Assembly: GCA_963775425.1 (NCBI GenBank)
Contig: CAVZJB010000011.1
Location: forward strand, 768,001-832,000
Source: an uncultured delta proteobacterium
GTDB lineage: Bacteria; Myxococcota; UBA727; VGSZ01
Direction of reading: 5' to 3'
Length of the DNA stretch: 64,000 nt
Part shown: positions 21,238 through 30,298 of the stretch, one piece after another
How the letters are laid out: each line of letters begins with the position of its first letter
Position numbering within the stretch: position 1 is the stretch's first letter
Program-made: the position numbers and the translations under genes
Notes under the pieces: model-generated
Seen by the model: the letters and a program-made list of their open reading frames with translations, nothing else
Told to the model about the DNA's origin: nothing
The model's database searches: none

Positions 21238-22593
21238 ATGTCGAACCGCCAAGACCTCCTCGCCCGCTACGGCACGGCCGCGGTGCCTCGCTACACCAGC
21301 TACCCCTCGGCCAACACCTGGCCCACCCACGACGAGGGCTTCGCCAGAGGCGTCCTCGCCCGGGCGACGCGGCCGCTGTCGCTCTACGTGCACGTGCCGT
21401 TCTGCCGGAAGCTGTGCTTCTACTGCGGCTGCAACATGATGGTGACGCAGGACGAGGACCTCGTGGAGCGCTACCTGCGCGCGCTCGACGTCGAGGTCGA
21501 GCGCACAGCCCGCGTCGTGCCGTCCCGTGACGTCGTCCAGCTTCACCTCGGCGGGGGCACGCCCACGTACCTCGACGTCGGGCAGCTCACGCGCGTGATG
21601 ACGTCGCTGAAGTCGCGCTTCCACTTCGCCGACGACGTCGAGGCCGGCATCGAGGTGCACCCGGCGGTGACCACGCTCGATCAGATCGACGCCCTCGGCG
21701 CCCTGGGCTTCAACCGCCTCTCGCTCGGCGTGCAGGACTTCGACCCGGACGTGCAGGCCCGCGTGAACCGCATCCAGCCCTTCGAGCACACGCGCGACGT
21801 CGTCGAGCGCGCCCGCGCCGCCGGCTTCGTCAGCGTGAACATCGATCTCATGTACGGCCTGCCGCTGCAGACGCCCGAGCGCTTCGAAAAGACCCTGGAC
21901 CAGGTGCTCGAGCTGTCGCCCGACCGCATCGCGCTGTTCGGCTACGCGCACATGCCCAAGCTCAAGAAGCACCAAGGGCTGATCGTCGTCGACGAGCTGC
22001 CGGGACCGGAGGGGCGCCTGGCGCTGTTGTCGGGGACCATCGAGAGCTTGCTCGCCGCCGGCTACGACTACGTCGGCCTCGATCACTTCGCCAAGAAGGA
22101 CGACGAGCTGTCCCGCGCCCGCCGCGCAGGGACGCTCCGGCGGAACTTCATGGGCTACACCACCTGCGCCGAGAGCGACGTCGTCGCCTTCGGCCCCTCC
22201 GCGATCTCCGAGGTGGGCGGCGCCTTCCTCCAGAACGAGCGCGGCGTGCGCGAGTGGGCCGCGCTCCTCGAGGGCGGCGCGCTGCCCACCGTGCGCGGCT
22301 ACGCCCCCACGGCCGACGACGACCTGCGCCGCGACCTCATCCAGCAGCTCTTCTGCCGGCTGGACGTCGACACCGACGCATTCTCTCGCGCCCACCAGCT
22401 CGACTTCGACACCGCGTTTTCGTCCGAGCTATCGGCGCTGTCGGCGCTCGAGGCCGACGGGCTCGTCGAGCGCTCGCCCGGCCACCTGCGGGTGACGCAG
22501 GAGGGACAGCTCTTCCTGAGGAACGTCGCCGCCGTCTTCGACGCCTTCCTCACGGGGAAGGAGGGGCCGCGGCAGCACTCGACCGCGGTCTGA
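21238..22593 (+). CDS. hemN: Oxygen-independent coproporphyrinogen III oxidase
   Basis: PRYTSYP, YVHVPFCRKLCFYCGC radical SAM motif, GGGTPT, GLDHFA, RNFMGY. Confidence 0.95.
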   Translation: MSNRQDLLARYGTAAVPRYTSYPSANTWPTHDEGFARGVLARATRPLSLYVHVPFCRKLCFYCGCNMMVTQDEDLVERYLRALDVEVERTARVVPSRDVVQLHLGGGTPTYLDVGQLTRVMTSLKSRFHFADDVEAGIEVHPAVTTLDQIDALGALGFNRLSLGVQDFDPDVQARVNRIQPFEHTRDVVERARAAGFVSVNIDLMYGLPLQTPERFEKTLDQVLELSPDRIALFGYAHMPKLKKHQGLIVVDELPGPEGRLALLSGTIESLLAAGYDYVGLDHFAKKDDELSRARRAGTLRRNFMGYTTCAESDVVAFGPSAISEVGGAFLQNERGVREWAALLEGGALPTVRGYAPTADDDLRRDLIQQLFCRLDVDTDAFSRAHQLDFDTAFSSELSALSALEADGLVERSPGHLRVTQEGQLFLRNVAAVFDAFLTGKEGPRQHSTAV

Positions 22594-22840
22594 AAGGCTG
22601 ACGAAAAACAAGGCTCGTAGCAGCACTCGGCGAAGCCGCCCACAAGGTGGCTCGCCGCGCGGAGTACGTGGCGAGGCACGTCGGCGCGCAAGAACCGCTG
22701 CAGGTTGTGAGGAAACGACGGGTCCGAGCGGTGTTGTGATCCCGCTATCAGCGCACGTGGCGGGTTCGTGTCCCGCGGCGATCGAGCTCCTTGACGTCGT
22801 CGCGGTTGAAGTGGTTCGCGCGACGGCGGTCTGAGCGGAG

Positions 22841-22870
22841 AAAAAGAAGCGGGCCGCCAGGGCCCGCTTC
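22841..22870 (-). terminator. Intrinsic terminator
   Basis: GAAGCGGGCC/GGCCCGCTTC stem with an A run on its left, downstream of the 22902 gene. Confidence 0.75.
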
Positions 22871-22901
22871 GGTCAGAGATCGAGATGTGGCGAGGCGCTC
22901 T

Positions 22902-23477
22902 TCAGCCCCGCGAGTCGAGCACGAAGGTCGTGTCGGAGGTCTCGGTCTGGTCCGTGACGTCGCCCGTGGCCGGGTCGATCGTCGCGGTCGCCGTGTGGAA
23001 CTGGTACTGGCGGCCGTTGGGCGTGTCCTGCACGGTCGCGGTGACGTGGTCCACGGGCCTGTCGTAGTCGATGGACGCGCTGTCGGTGCCGGAGCAGACA
23101 TTCATGCTCACCGGCGCGGCGTCGAGGGAGTTGGGGTCGTAGTCATACTGGTGGGCGCCGACCTCGAGGTTCTCGAGGGTGATGCCGTTGGTCCAGATGA
23201 TGACCATGCCGGTGCCGCGGGTCTGCTCGGAGCGCGCCACGGTGACCGTGGAGGTGCGCCACTCGGGATCCGAGGAGCCCTGCATGTCCGTGGCGTTGCC
23301 GTCGAAGCCCGTGCGCGGGCCGAAGTCACCCTTCAGGGTGCCGTCCGCGAGGCCGATGTTGCTCTGGGGTCCACCCCCGAAGCTCGCGTTCTGCGTCGGG
23401 TCCATGTAGACGCGCTCGTTCATGCAACCGGTGGCGGCCACCGCTGCGACGGCGAGGATGGGGAGAACGTACTTCAT
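22902..23477 (-). CDS. Hypothetical lipoprotein
   Basis: MKYVLPILAVAAVAATGC lipobox; GGAAGGAA RBS. Confidence 0.85.
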   Translation of the reverse strand: MKYVLPILAVAAVAATGCMNERVYMDPTQNASFGGGPQSNIGLADGTLKGDFGPRTGFDGNATDMQGSSDPEWRTSTVTVARSEQTRGTGMVIIWTNGITLENLEVGAHQYDYDPNSLDAAPVSMNVCSGTDSASIDYDRPVDHVTATVQDTPNGRQYQFHTATATIDPATGDVTDQTETSDTTFVLDSRG

Positions 23478-23784
23478 GGTTCCTTCCTTCTCTGCTTTCT
23501 CGGCTGCTGTCTGAACGGGCTTTCTCTCTCTCTGACCGTCACCTCACGGCGACAGTCCTATTGTGAGTCCGCGGACGCGCCGCTGCAACTCACAGGGATC
23601 ATCCATCCGTCCGAGGTGGGCCTATGCCACCAGCGCCGCCGAAATTCGCGACAGTTGGCGGACTTGCGCCGTCGACGTCGACTGTGCGGACTGTCTCTTG
23701 ACGTCGGGGCGCTCTGTCGCCGTGGGCGCGGGCGCGCGATCTGTCGAGGAAAGCGGTCCGATCGACGCCGGGGCGAGGCCCCGC

Positions 23785-26631
23785 CTACTTCTTCTTGGCA
23801 GGCGCCTTCGCCTTCTTCTTCTTGGCCGGCGGCGCCTTCTTCTTCGTGGAAGCGGCCTTCTTCTTGGCGGCCGCCTTGGGCGCAGGGGAGGCCTTCTTGG
23901 GCGGCACCGGGCGGCGGCCTCGGCGGCCGCGGCCAGCGGCCTTGGGCGCGCGCGGATCGATGCCTTGCTCCCGGAGGCGCTGCTCGCGCTGCGCGATGAG
24001 CTCGAGGGCGTCGTCGCGCGAGAGCTTCTGGGGATTGCGGGCCGTGGGGATGGTGGCGTTGACCACGCCGTCGGTGACGTAGGCGCCGAAGCGGCCCATG
24101 CGGACCGTGATGGGCTGCTTGGTGACGGGGCTGTCGCCGAGCGACGCCAGCGGCGCCGCCGCCTGCTGCCGTCCCCGCGGCTGGCGCGGCTGGGCGAGGA
24201 GGGCCAACGCCTCCTCGAGGGTGAGCGACGTCATCTGCTCGCGCGACTGCAGCGAGCGGGACTCCTTGACGCCGTCGCCGAGCATCTGGACGTAGGGGCC
24301 GAACTTGCCGTCGTGGACGGCGACGTCGAGGCCGGTCTCCGGGTGCTTGCCGAGCACCTTGGGGAAGGAGAGGACCGCGAGCGCTTCGTCGAGCGACAGC
24401 TCCTTGACCGTCATGCCCGGCCACAAGGACGCCATGCGCGGCTTTTCGCCCTTGGGCTTGCCCTTGTCGTTCAGCTCGAGCTCGCCGAGCTGGACGTAGG
24501 GCCCGAAGCGTCCGGCCTTCACGTAGATCGCCTTGCCCGTGGCCGGGTCCTTGCCGATCTCGCGGTTGGCGTCGGCGGCCTGCGCCAGGAGCTCGAGGGC
24601 CTTGTCGACGTTGAGCTCGTCGGGGGCGGTGTCCTCGGGGATGTTGGCGCGGCGGTCGCTGTCGGCGATCTGGACGTAGGGCCCGTAGCGGCCGACGCGG
24701 GCGGCGACGAGCTCGCCGCCTTTCGTCTTGCCGAGGGGCATTTCGCAGATGAGGCGCGGGTCGATGTCGTCGATGCCACCGGTGACCTTGCCCTTGAGCC
24801 CCACCTGGTCGAGCGTCGCGTCCTTGCCCGCGGGCGCGGCGCCCGCCTTGTGATCACCGAAGTAGAAGTGCTCGAGCCAGGGCGTGGCCTTCTTCTCGCC
24901 CTCGCTGATGGCGTCGAGATCCGCCTCCATGGAGGCGGTGAAGGCGTAGTCCACGAGCTCCTTGAAGTGCTGCTCGAGCAGGTTCACCACCGCGAAGGCG
25001 GTGAAGGTGGGGACGAGCGCGCTGCCCTTCTTGAAGACGTAGCCGCGGTCCTGGATGGTGCCGATGATGCTGGCGTACGTCGACGGGCGGCCGATGCCCC
25101 GCTCCTCGAGCTCCTTCACGAGCGACGCTTCCGTGAACCGCGCCGGCGGCTGGGTCTGGTGGCCTTCGGCGGCGATCTCCCTGGCGGTGAGCACCTGGCC
25201 TTCGGCGAGCGGCGGCAGCACCCGCTCCTGGTTGTCGAGCTCGGCCTCGGGATCGTCGCTGCCCTCGACGTAGGCGCGCAGGAAGCCGGGGAAGTGGATG
25301 ACCTTGCCGGAGACCTGCGCGATCACCTCGGTGCTCTCACCCGTGGGGGTCGCCTTGAAGCGCACCTGGGTGCGCTCGCCGGAGGCGTCCTTCATCTGTG
25401 ACGCGACGGTGCGCTTCCAGATGAGGTCGTACAGGCGCCACTGATCCTCGTCGAGCTCGCCCTTCACGCTCTCGGGCGTGCGGAAGCTCTCGCCGGCGGG
25501 CCGGATGGCCTCGTGGGCCTCCTGCGCGCCCTTCGCCTGCTTGGTGTAGCGGCGCGGCTCCGCAGGCACGTAGTCCTTGCCGTACAGCTCCTCGATCTGC
25601 GCGCGGGCGGCGTCGATGGCCTGCTGCGACAGCGTGGTGGAGTCCGTGCGCATGTACGTGATGTAGCCGGCCTCGTAGAGCCGCTGCGCGTTGCGCATGG
25701 TGCGCTGCGCGGTGAAGCGAAGCTTCTTGTTCGCCTCCATCTGCAGCGACGACGTGATGAACGGCGCGTAGGGCCGCTCGGTGAACGGCTTCTTGGTGAC
25801 CGCGTCGACCTTGAAGGGCTGTCCCTTCAAGCGCTCGGCGAGCTCCCTGGCGCGGGCGCCGTCGAGCAGGAAGGCCTTGGCGTCCTCCGCGAGCTTGCCC
25901 GTGTTGGGATCGAAGTCCTTGCCGACGGCGATGCGCCGGCCGTCGACCTCGACGACGTTGGCCGTCAGGGCCACCGGCGGCGCGTCCGCCGCGAGCGAGG
26001 CCGCGAGGGACCAGTACTCACCGCTCTTGAACGCGATGCGCAGCCGCTCGCGCTCCACGATCAGGCGCGTGGCCACCGACTGCACGCGGCCGGCGGAGAG
26101 GCGCGGCGCGACCTTGCGCCAGAGGATGGGCGAGACCTCGTAGCCGTAGAGGCGGTCGAGGATGCGGCGGGCCTCCTGCGCGTCCACCAGCTTGTCGTCG
26201 ATGTCGCGGGGCTCCTTGAGCGCCTGCTTGATCGCCTTCTCGGTGATCTCGTGGAACACCATGCGCTTGGTGGGCACCTTGGGGTTCAAGACCTCCTTCA
26301 GGTGCCACGCGATGGCCTCGCCTTCGCGATCCTCGTCGGTGGCGAGGTAGAGGGTGTCGGCGTTCTCCAGCAGGTCCTTGAGCTTCTTGACCTGGGCCTT
26401 CTTCTCCGCGGGCACGATGTACAGCGGCTTGAAGCCGTTTTCGATGTCTACGCCCGTGCGGCGCCACGGCTTCTTCTTGTACGCCGGCGGAATTTCGTCC
26501 GCGCTCGAAGGCAGATCACGGATGTGACCGATCGAGGACTCGACGACGTAGTCCTTGCCCAGATACTTCGCGATCGTCTTCGCCTTCGCGGGCGACTCGA
26601 CGATGATGAGGCTCTTGCTCACTCTCGACAC
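23785..26631 (-). CDS. topA: DNA topoisomerase I with C-terminal repeats and Lys/Ala-rich tail
   Basis: IVESPAKAKTI, ATDEDREGEAI, SAGRVQS, ITYMRTDS, AHEAIRP, GIGRPSTY; four G(R/K)(F/Y)GxYV repeats. Start may be the GTG at 26622. Confidence 0.97.
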   Translation of the reverse strand: MSRVSKSLIIVESPAKAKTIAKYLGKDYVVESSIGHIRDLPSSADEIPPAYKKKPWRRTGVDIENGFKPLYIVPAEKKAQVKKLKDLLENADTLYLATDEDREGEAIAWHLKEVLNPKVPTKRMVFHEITEKAIKQALKEPRDIDDKLVDAQEARRILDRLYGYEVSPILWRKVAPRLSAGRVQSVATRLIVERERLRIAFKSGEYWSLAASLAADAPPVALTANVVEVDGRRIAVGKDFDPNTGKLAEDAKAFLLDGARARELAERLKGQPFKVDAVTKKPFTERPYAPFITSSLQMEANKKLRFTAQRTMRNAQRLYEAGYITYMRTDSTTLSQQAIDAARAQIEELYGKDYVPAEPRRYTKQAKGAQEAHEAIRPAGESFRTPESVKGELDEDQWRLYDLIWKRTVASQMKDASGERTQVRFKATPTGESTEVIAQVSGKVIHFPGFLRAYVEGSDDPEAELDNQERVLPPLAEGQVLTAREIAAEGHQTQPPARFTEASLVKELEERGIGRPSTYASIIGTIQDRGYVFKKGSALVPTFTAFAVVNLLEQHFKELVDYAFTASMEADLDAISEGEKKATPWLEHFYFGDHKAGAAPAGKDATLDQVGLKGKVTGGIDDIDPRLICEMPLGKTKGGELVAARVGRYGPYVQIADSDRRANIPEDTAPDELNVDKALELLAQAADANREIGKDPATGKAIYVKAGRFGPYVQLGELELNDKGKPKGEKPRMASLWPGMTVKELSLDEALAVLSFPKVLGKHPETGLDVAVHDGKFGPYVQMLGDGVKESRSLQSREQMTSLTLEEALALLAQPRQPRGRQQAAAPLASLGDSPVTKQPITVRMGRFGAYVTDGVVNATIPTARNPQKLSRDDALELIAQREQRLREQGIDPRAPKAAGRGRRGRRPVPPKKASPAPKAAAKKKAASTKKKAPPAKKKKAKAPAKKK

Positions 26632-26747
26632 CTTCGCGCTGCCGCTTTCGACCGTCCGGATCGGGTGCTCCTAGCGGAGACCGGACCGCAATGCGAGATA
26701 TTTCTTCGCGCGCACGGATCCACGGCGCGCCCGCCAATGCCCGCCCG

Positions 26748-27810
26748 ATGACCTTTCCGAGCGCTCTCCTCGTCGTGATCGCGGCGCAATCGCCCGCGCC
26801 TCTTCCTCCCCCCGTGACCTGGGATGACGTCCCGGACGAGCTGGAGAGAGCGGCCTCCGGAGGGCTCGACGCCTGTGAGGCCGCGAGCCTCCCGCTCTCG
26901 CTCGTGCCCGGCGTCGGCGGCGCCGTCGGCACGGTGAGCGAGTGGCTGTGCCTGGTGCCGGCCGCCGTCGCCGTCGACACCGTGGCCATCCACTTCGGTC
27001 AGCGCGACGCGAACACCTGGCAGGCGGGCGTGGCGCTCGTGGGCCAGAAGCTCTTCGAGGATTCTGATCGACACGCCGCTCGACCTCGCCATCGGCTTCG
27101 CCGCCGTCAGCGGCGTCGCCGCGCTCGTGGGCAGCGCGCTGCTCGCGATGTACGTCGTGCCGGGCTTTCCGATCTTCCTGCCGACGCTCCTGGCCATCGG
27201 CATAGGGACCTTCGCCATCGCGCCGGTGGCCTTCGTGAAGCACAAGGGCGGCGAGTGGATCTTCCAGGCGCTGATGATGTCGCTCACCAGGCGCCTCACC
27301 GGCGACGACCTCGACGAGCACCGGCGCGCCGCCCTCGTGCAGCCCGGCGCCGTCCCGGGCTGGGCCCGGCCGTACGCGTTGATGGCGACGGCGGCGGGGA
27401 GCGAAGCGGAGGACGAGCCCGCCTTCTTCATTCCCGTCGCGGGGCCGCTGTTCAAGGCCGCCGGCGAGGCCGCGGTGGAAAAGGCCCGGATGCGCCGGGT
27501 GGGCAGGGACCTGCTGCACGACGCGCCCGGGCGCGATCTGTCGACGATGGACGCCACCGTCGACGCCATCGCGGGCGTGAAGGGCGTGACCGGCGCCGTC
27601 GGGCAGGGGCTCGCGCTCGCGGGCCTCGGCGTCGGCGTCGCGGGCGCGGTGATGCCGCCCTTGAAGTGGAGCGATCAAAAGACCGGCGACACCGTCGGCT
27701 TCGTCGGCCTCGGCATCGCGCTTGCCGGGCTCGGCGTCTACGCCCTGTCGACGTCGCTGGACACGGTGAAGACCCTCGCTGTCCCATGCGCCTACGGGTG
27801 CTTGGAGTGA
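26748..27810 (+). CDS. Hypothetical membrane protein; apparent +1 frameshift at ~27063
   Basis: MTFPSALLVV...QKLFED joins LIDTPLDLAIGF... if one T is removed from GATTC. Confidence 0.6.
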
Positions 27811-28074
27811 CCCGCGCTCGGATGAGGGAGCGGCCGCGCCGGCGGGTCAGCGCGGCGCGAGCGTGAAGCCCACGCGGTCGATGCGCGGATGGAACGAAGG
27901 CAGATCGCGCTCGAGGCCGGGCTGCACCGGGAACGCGCCGCCGTCGGCCTGGGGCAGCGCGCGCCTTCTGCCCGGCCGCGCGGGTCGTGCGCCAGGCCGC
28001 GCCTCGGAGAAGAAAAAGGCAGCACCGAACGTCTTGACGCCGCCCTCGTTCTCAAGGACAAGGGAACACCCTCT

Positions 28075-28151
28075 GCGCCCGTAGCTCAGCTGGATAGAGC
28101 ATCAGACTACGAATCTGAGGGTCGGGCGTTCGAATCGCTCCGGGCGCGCCA
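28075..28151 (+). tRNA. tRNA-Arg(ACG)
   Basis: GCGCCCGTAGCTCAGCTGGATAGAGC...CTACGAA...GTTCGAATCGCTCCGGGCGCGCCA. Confidence 0.97.
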
Positions 28152-28292
28152 GTCGTTGCCCTTCGTCATCTCGGCAAGGATGGCGAAGGGCTTTTTCATT
28201 TCCCATCGCACCGTGACGCCGTCGAGCACCGGGTTCGAAAGCACCATTTCGAGCAGTTGACGCTTCTCCGAGGGCGTGCGCTGGTTCCACAA
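28107..28292 (-). pseudogene. C-terminal remnant of a probable large serine recombinase reading into the tRNA
   Basis: [44 protein letters not shown] resembles tails of tRNA-targeting recombinases; no catalytic N-terminus. Confidence 0.6.
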
Positions 28293-28293
28293 C

Positions 28294-28422
28294 GGTCTCG
28301 CCCCAGACCTTCATCGCGACGTCGGCGACCTCCTCCTTCGGGCACTTGGCGCTCACGACGCGCGCGACGAGGTGCGCGTGGCGCACGAAGAAATCTTGGA
28401 AGGGTGTGTTGTCCTCGCTCAT
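28294..28422 (-). pseudogene. N-terminal fragment resembling ECF sigma factor region 2
   Basis: FQDFFVRHAHLVARVV...EEVADVAMKVW, truncated against the recombinase remnant. Confidence 0.35.
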
Positions 28423-28508
28423 GCCCGCGGGACTGCAGCGAGCTCGCCACCTCTATCGCACCGGGCGCGCGTTTCGAACCGTTCGCGACGTCGGCTACGT
28501 CGACGACC

Positions 28509-28588
28509 CGTAGGGCGGGGGCTCGTCCCCCGCCTTTTCCGTCGGCGGGCGCGCGGGGGGGATGCGGGGGACAAGCCCCCGCCCTACG
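28509..28588. repeat. REP doublet (REPIN-like), GTAG family
   Basis: cgtagggcgggggctcgtcccccgc ... gcgggggacaagcccccgccctacg inverted pair, 24/25 complementary. Confidence 0.75.
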
Positions 28589-29055
28589 CACCGCGGTTCG
28601 CAAATCGTCACACCCGGGCGCGCGTCTCGAACCCGTTGAGCCTGGGGGCGGTCTCGCTCCGATCTCCGCCGGCCGCGAGCCGCTTGCCGCCGGCCGCGGA
28701 TCCGATCCGGGCTGCCCTCGTGTCCCTCGTGTCCCTCGTGTCCTCGGCCAGGACCGCTGCGACCACTTCTGCGCCATGCTCTACAAGTTTCGCTGAGGCT
28801 CGGCGCGCGCGGCGGGGCTCGTCCTCGCCGCGCGTCGAGGTCCGATCTCCGCCGGCCGCGATCCGCTGGCCGCCGGCCGAGCGCCCGAGTCGATGTCGCT
28901 TCAGCGCACCTCGTGTTCTTCGTTCCTCGTTCCTCGTCTCCTCGATCTCTCGCGTCGCCCATCACCCGTCGCTGATCCTCCGCGGGGCCGTTTGAAAGTC
29001 GTCACACCGGGCGCGCGTTTCGAACCCGTTCGCGTCCTCGGCTACGTCGACGGCC

Positions 29056-29148
29056 CGTAGGGCGGGGGCTTGCCCCCGCATCGTAGTGACCCGGCGCCAT
29101 CGAAGGTGCCGGTCCCCCCCGACGCGCCCCACGAGGGGGCGCCCTACG
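29056..29148. repeat. Second, hybrid REP doublet
   Basis: cgtagggcgggggcttgcccccgc ... gggggcgccctacg. Confidence 0.65.
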
Positions 29149-29217
29149 CGCCGGCCGCAATGCCGTCGTCGTTTCGCAGCGCGGTTCGGAAATCGTCACA
29201 CCGGGCGCGCCACACAC

Positions 29218-29263
29218 CCCTCGAAGTTGCAGCATTTTCGATGTTGCGACTCCGAGGGTTTTT
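29218..29263 (+). terminator. Long intrinsic terminator following the duplicated tRNA 3' end
   Basis: 18-bp stem CCCTCGAAGTTGCAGCAT/ATGTTGCGACTCCGAGGG (two G-U pairs, one mismatch) then TTTTT. Confidence 0.75.
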
Positions 29264-29407
29264 CGATCTTGTGGCACCGGTGCCACCGACCGCGTTCGCG
29301 ACGTCGTCGTTTCCGGGCTCGCAATCGTCGCTGCGGGCGCGCGTTTCGAACGCGTTCACGTGCCGACGCAGCCCGTGCCGTCGTCGCTTCGCGACACAGC
29401 CCCCGAG

Positions 29408-30298
29408 CTAGGCGAGGGCGGTGGGCTCGAGGTCGGCTGGCTTTTGAAAGAGCTCGTCGTCGGTGAGGCGGGCGTAGACCTCGACGAGGTTCCCACTTGG
29501 ATCTTCGAGCCACAGCTCATGCAGCGGCGTCCCGCGCCACGTCGTGCGCGGCGGCTTGTGGATCACGACGCCGGCGGCTTTGGCGAGCTCGTACGCGCGA
29601 ACGACGGCGTTCTTGTCGGCGAGGGCGACGCCGAGATGGTTGAGCGTGTCCTTGTGGAGCTCCTTGCCGTCCGACACGAGCAGCACGAGGTTCGTCTTCA
29701 GCTCGGGGCGGACGAAGGTGACGTAGCGGTGCGTCCACTCCTTCGGCTGCGCGCCGAGGAGCCAGGCGTAAAAGCGCGCGCTCTCGGCCAGGCTCTTCAC
29801 GCGCATGCTGAGGTGGAATTCCTCCGGCCGGGGGCTCTCGGGCACGTCGAGGAGGGCGGCGAGGACTTCGAGCCTCGTTTGAATCTGATCTCTCGCCGTT
29901 CGAAAGCGCGCGAGCATCTCGTCGCGCGGCAAGGACGGGTCTTTGCTCGCCGGATCCTGGATGGGCCAATGGAGCCTGCGCGCCTTGCCGAGAAAGACCG
30001 GGCACACTTCCTCGGCGCACAGCGTGATCACGGTGTCGACGGTGGTGGCGTCGATGGTCTGCACGGACTTCGAGTGGTGCGTCGTGAGGTCGACGCCGAG
30101 CTCGCGCATGACCTCGATGGCGTACGGGTTCACCTCGGAGGGCTCGCTGCCGGCGCTCTGCACGGGGATACGCGCGCCGAAGAGCCTTCGCGCGAGGCCC
30201 TCGGCCATCTGGCTCCGGGCGGAGTTCGCGACACAGAGAAAGAGGATCGCCTTGTCGGTGTTCCTGGAGGTGCCGAGCTTGCCGATGTCCCCGGTCAC
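29408..30298 (-). CDS. arsC: Arsenate reductase (LMW-PTP/thioredoxin type) fused to a VOC (ArsI/CadI-like) domain
   Basis: [33 protein letters not shown], then [17 protein letters not shown]...NHLGV...[16 protein letters not shown] overlaps the arsA stop. Confidence 0.85.
   Translation of the reverse strand: MTGDIGKLGTSRNTDKAILFLCVANSARSQMAEGLARRLFGARIPVQSAGSEPSEVNPYAIEVMRELGVDLTTHHSKSVQTIDATTVDTVITLCAEEVCPVFLGKARRLHWPIQDPASKDPSLPRDEMLARFRTARDQIQTRLEVLAALLDVPESPRPEEFHLSMRVKSLAESARFYAWLLGAQPKEWTHRYVTFVRPELKTNLVLLVSDGKELHKDTLNHLGVALADKNAVVRAYELAKAAGVVIHKPPRTTWRGTPLHELWLEDPSGNLVEVYARLTDDELFQKPADLEPTALA

Larger units (their letters stand above)
28455..29357. repeat. Array of five ~30-45 bp att-like direct repeats (AATCGTCACACCGGGCGCGCGTTTCGAACCCGTT)
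   Basis: Copies at ~28455, 28603, 28997, 29191 and 29322; core (C)CGGGCGCGC matches the tRNA-Arg 3' end. Confidence 0.85.

Noticed and set aside
28455-29357. CRISPR array
   Set aside because: Repeats are degenerate, spacing is 130-390 bp and irregular, and there are no cas genes.
28196-29513. Protein-coding ORFs within the repeat mosaic
   Set aside because: No motifs, no RBS and poor codon bias; the translations just mirror the repeats.
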